From the NCBI GenBank assembly GCA_045661025.1, contig JAZREX010000033.1, positions 1 through 42,226 of the forward strand: a DNA stretch of 42,226 bases, in the 5' to 3' direction. Position 1 is the first letter of the stretch. Every line of letters starts with the position of its first letter. Both the position numbers and the translations under genes were made by a program. The notes beneath the pieces are model-generated. The model did no database searches. It was not told the origin of the DNA and worked only from the letters and a program-made list of their open reading frames with translations. Source of the DNA: Faecousia sp. (GTDB taxonomy: Bacteria > Bacillota > Clostridia > Oscillospirales > Oscillospiraceae). Below are positions 39,242 through 42,226 of this stretch, piece by piece.

Positions 39242-40288
39242 ATGAAGATTATTCTCGATGCAATGGGCGGCGACTTAGCTCCCCAGGCCCCGGTGATGGG
39301 TGCGTTGCAGGCAGTTAAGGATTTTGGCGCTCAAATTACCTTGGTAGGCAGAGGGGAGGAAATTCTCCAGGTACTGCGCAGCCAGGGAATTGAAGATTTG
39401 CCCCAGGGATTGGAAATTGCCCACGCGGATGATGTTGTGGATATGCACGATGATCCGGCTACAGTTCTGCACAAGCGGAAGAATTCTTCCATGGTGGTGG
39501 GTCTGAAGATGCTATCAGAGGGGCAGGGCGACAGCTTTGTGTCTGCGGGCAGTACCGGCGCGTTGCTCACCGGCGCTACTTTGCTGGTAAAGCGGGTCAA
39601 GGGAATCCGCCGGGCGGCTATGGGCCCTGTGATGCCCAATAAGGCAGGGGGCAAGACTGTGATTTTGGATTGCGGCGCCAATGCTGAGTGCACATCGGAA
39701 TTTCTGCTGCAGTTTGGTATGGTAGGCTCTCTGTATGCAAAAAAATACCTGTCCGTTGAAAATCCCAAGGTCGGTCTTTTGAATATCGGCACAGAGGATT
39801 CCAAGGGTACAGACTTGCAGAAGCAGGCTTATGGCCTGTTGCAGGGGGCAGCCGAGAAGGGCCTTATCAACTTTGTAGGCAATGTGGAGGCAAGAGATGT
39901 GCCTCTAGGCGCTGTAGATGTGGTAGTGTGCGACGGTTTTGCCGGCAATGTGCTGCTGAAATCCATTGAAGGTACTGCCATGTTTATGGGGAGCCTCATG
40001 AAGCATAAGATATTCAAACGCAGCTTCCTGTCTAAGATCGGTTACTTGTTCTGCAAGCCCGGCGTGGACCAGGTGATGGGCATGCTGGACTACCGCACCA
40101 TTGGCGGCACCCAGTTCTTAGGCATCAAAAAGCCGGTGATCAAGGCCCATGGCGCTTCCGATGCCCTGGCTTTCCGCAATGCGGTGAAGCAGGCTATGGA
40201 TGCTGCCGGCAGCGATATCTCTGAGGAGCTGGAAGCAGGACTGAAAACCCTGGCCCAGGCAAAGGAGACAGAAAATGGCAATGATTAA
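39242..40288 (+). CDS. plsX: Phosphate acyltransferase PlsX
   Basis: DAMGGD.AP, VSAGSTGA, DCGANA, LLNIGTE..KG, CDGFAGN, KAHGAS. Confidence 0.96.
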   Translation: MKIILDAMGGDLAPQAPVMGALQAVKDFGAQITLVGRGEEILQVLRSQGIEDLPQGLEIAHADDVVDMHDDPATVLHKRKNSSMVVGLKMLSEGQGDSFVSAGSTGALLTGATLLVKRVKGIRRAAMGPVMPNKAGGKTVILDCGANAECTSEFLLQFGMVGSLYAKKYLSVENPKVGLLNIGTEDSKGTDLQKQAYGLLQGAAEKGLINFVGNVEARDVPLGAVDVVVCDGFAGNVLLKSIEGTAMFMGSLMKHKIFKRSFLSKIGYLFCKPGVDQVMGMLDYRTIGGTQFLGIKKPVIKAHGASDALAFRNAVKQAMDAAGSDISEELEAGLKTLAQAKETENGND

Positions 40289-40958
40289 GGATCTGGAAGA
40301 GGCCATTGGCTACCGGTTTTCCAACATTACCTTGCTGCAAAATGCCCTGACCCATTCCTCTTACGCCAACGAGCATTGGCATGACAGCCTGAAAAGCAAC
40401 GAGCGTTTGGAGTTTTTGGGAGATTCTATTTTGGGCATGGTGGTGGCTCAGTACCTGTACCAGAATTTCCCCACCCGTCCGGAAGGTGAATTGACCCGGA
40501 TGCGGGCGGACATGGTCTGTGAACAGGCATTGGCGGCCATTGCCAACCGCCTGGAGTTGGGACAGCATCTGCTGCTGGGTCACGGAGAGGAACAGGGAGG
40601 CAGATCCCGGAGTTCTATTCTTGCCGATGCGGTGGAATCTGTGATCGCCGCCAGTTTTTTAGACGGCGGCATGGAGGCGGCCCGGCAGATCATTGACCGC
40701 TTTGTCCTGTGCGATGTGCCGGTGAACCGGATGCATAATGCCGACTATAAAACAGCCCTGCAGGAGCAGGTGCAGAAAAAGAAAAATCAAGTGATTTCTT
40801 ACACCTTAGTAGGACAGTCCGGGCCGGACCATAATAAGCGGTTTACGGTGGCGGTATCTGTCAACGGCACAGTTGTGGGGCAGGGTGAAGGAAGCAGCAA
40901 AAAGCGGGCAGAGCAGGATGCCGCCCGGGCTGCAATGGAAACTCTGTATAAAGAATAA
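40275..40958 (+). CDS. rnc: Ribonuclease III
   Basis: ALTHSS, NERLEFLGDSIL, dsRBD DYKTALQE...SKKRAEQ.AA. Confidence 0.96.
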   Translation: MAMIKDLEEAIGYRFSNITLLQNALTHSSYANEHWHDSLKSNERLEFLGDSILGMVVAQYLYQNFPTRPEGELTRMRADMVCEQALAAIANRLELGQHLLLGHGEEQGGRSRSSILADAVESVIAASFLDGGMEAARQIIDRFVLCDVPVNRMHNADYKTALQEQVQKKKNQVISYTLVGQSGPDHNKRFTVAVSVNGTVVGQGEGSSKKRAEQDAARAAMETLYKE

Positions 40959-40982
40959 ATTTGTATTTTTTAAATTTCTGCA

Positions 40983-41010
40983 TAAGCAGTGTTCGATTCC
41001 TCACTGCTTA
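40983..41010 (+). terminator. Hairpin after rnc (possible terminator)
   Basis: TAAGCAGTG/CACTGCTTA 9-bp stem with a weak U-tract. Confidence 0.4.
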
Positions 41011-41034
41011 AATACTGGTATTTTGATTCTGCTA

Positions 41035-41063
41035 TTGAAATTTAGAATTAAACAGGGTATAAT
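41035..41063 (+). promoter_or_regulatory. SigA promoter of the sugar transferase
   Basis: TTGAAA-17 bp-TATAAT. Confidence 0.75.
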
Positions 41064-41112
41064 AGCTTTGTCATAATTCGAAAAAATATAGATAACATAG
41101 GAGTTGCGACAC

Positions 41113-41784
41113 ATGCAGACAGAACAGATAAATTGCAACGCGGCACCGGAAAAAGAATATATTCCGCCGGAAGCTAAGCCCGGATATGAGATTTGTAAGC
41201 GTATTTTCGATGTGGTAATGGCTTCTTTTGCGCTGATCGTTTTAAGCCCTGCGCTTTTGATCGTTGCGCTGATCATTTGGCTGCAGGATGGGGGCAGCCC
41301 CTTTTACTACCAGACCCGCCTGACAAAGGGCGGCAAAGAATTTCATATGTATAAATTCCGTTCCATGTGTGTGGATGCTGATAAGAAGCTGGAAGAGCTT
41401 ATGAAGTATAACACCATGGAAGGCCCTGCCTTTAAAATGGAAAATGATCCCCGGATCACCAAAATCGGAAAGTTCATTCGTAAGACTAGCATCGACGAAC
41501 TGCCCCAGTTGGTGAATATCATTAAGGGTGATATGTCTATTATCGGACCGCGGCCCCCTCTGGTTCGGGAAGTGGAGCAATACACCCCCTATCAGATGCA
41601 CCGCTTGGATGTAAAGACAGGCCTTGCCTGTTATCATGAGTGCTATGGCCGCAGCAACTGCCATAGCTTTGATGAGTGGGTGGAGCAGGACCTGAAATAT
41701 ATCCGTGAGCGTAGCATGCTCACAGATCTGAAGATCATCTTATTGACCATTAAGATCGTGCTGACCGGTGACGGCGCAATGTAA
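41113..41784 (+). CDS. Bacterial sugar transferase (priming phosphoglycosyltransferase, CpsE/PglC-like)
   Basis: KRIFD, YKFRSM, DPRITKIGKFIRKTSIDELPQLVNIIKGDMSIIGPRP. Start ATG 41113 after AGGAG. Confidence 0.93.
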   Translation: MQTEQINCNAAPEKEYIPPEAKPGYEICKRIFDVVMASFALIVLSPALLIVALIIWLQDGGSPFYYQTRLTKGGKEFHMYKFRSMCVDADKKLEELMKYNTMEGPAFKMENDPRITKIGKFIRKTSIDELPQLVNIIKGDMSIIGPRPPLVREVEQYTPYQMHRLDVKTGLACYHECYGRSNCHSFDEWVEQDLKYIRERSMLTDLKIILLTIKIVLTGDGAM

Positions 41785-41789
41785 AAATC

Positions 41790-41830
41790 AAAAAGCACAG
41801 ATGGAAAGCTTTTTTCATCTGTGTTTTTTT
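41790..41830 (+). terminator. Intrinsic terminator
   Basis: AAAAAGCACAGATGGAAA ... TTTTCATCTGTGTTTTTTT. Confidence 0.8.
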
Positions 41831-41860
41831 GTATAAAAGGTGCTTTTTTCATCCATCCTA
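41831..41860 (+). promoter_or_regulatory. Candidate forespore sigma-G promoter of spoVA
   Basis: GTATA-18 bp-CATCCTA resembles the sigG consensus (GnATA / CATnnTA). spoVA operons are sigG-dependent. Confidence 0.6.
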
Positions 41861-41903
41861 AAGCAAAGAGAAAACAAACCCCGATTTTTAGGGAGGAATG
41901 AAT

Positions 41904-42226
41904 ATGACACCGAAAGAATACCAAAAACTTGTAAAAGAAATCTCCCCCAAATCGCCTATAAAGAAAGATTGCTTCCACGCCTTTTGGGTGGGCGGGCTGA
42001 TTTGTGTAATTGGACAGCTGCTGCTAAATGGGTTTCTCGCCCTGGGATTGCCTATGGAGGATGCCCCCGGAGCGGCATCTATGTGTCTGGTTGCTCTTTC
42101 TGCTTTGCTGACAGGATTAAGCGTTTATGACGATATTGCCCAATTTGCCGGGGCAGGTACTCTGGTACCGATCACCGGCTTTGCCAATTCCGTGGCAGCC
42201 CCGGCGGTGGAGTTCAAAACCGAAGG
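41904..42226 (+). CDS. spoVAC: Stage V sporulation protein AC (partial, runs off the window)
   Basis: Not in the ORF track. MTPKEYQKLVKEISPKS...AFWVGGLICVIGQ...YDDIAQFAGAGTLVPITGFANSVAAPAVEFKTE. RBS GGAGG. Confidence 0.93.
   Translation, partial: MTPKEYQKLVKEISPKSPIKKDCFHAFWVGGLICVIGQLLLNGFLALGLPMEDAPGAASMCLVALSALLTGLSVYDDIAQFAGAGTLVPITGFANSVAAPAVEFKTE

Noticed and set aside
40985-41010. GTTCGATTCC resembling a tRNA T-loop or att site
   Set aside because: No T-stem, cloverleaf or CCA context. It is the loop of a simple hairpin.
41840-42130. 96-aa ORF in the track
   Set aside because: Wrong frame. The overlapping frame from 41904 is clearly SpoVAC.

Overview
Mostly core chromosome of a low-to-mid GC, probably spore-forming Clostridia-like firmicute (Oscillospiraceae-like is my inference from gene style, SigA promoters and spoVAC). 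Order: partial DegT-family aminotransferase and AraC regulator; EamA-MATE-threonine aldolase-ApbE cluster; VanY-like carboxypeptidase with cell-wall-binding repeats; glyA under a tandem glycine riboswitch; ftsH; rlmB plus a degenerate P1B-ATPase-like membrane protein; lipoprotein-MBOAT-DHHW operon; azlCD; flavin reductase; a 3405-aa membrane-anchored giant repeat protein; NifB/NifX-like and two chromate-transporter halves; TrkH/TrkA; TrmH-family methylase-dprA-topA-trmFO; a 267-bp MITE-like structured element in the trmFO stop codon; plsX-rnc; an orphan priming sugar transferase; partial spoVAC. No CRISPR, tRNA/rRNA, transposase, integrase or reverse transcriptase was seen. The best candidates for novelty are the giant two-module surface protein, the catalytically degenerate P-type ATPase homologue, the MITE-like element and a candidate orphan sRNA at about 1387-1500. 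All calls come from reading motifs by eye; no database search was run.
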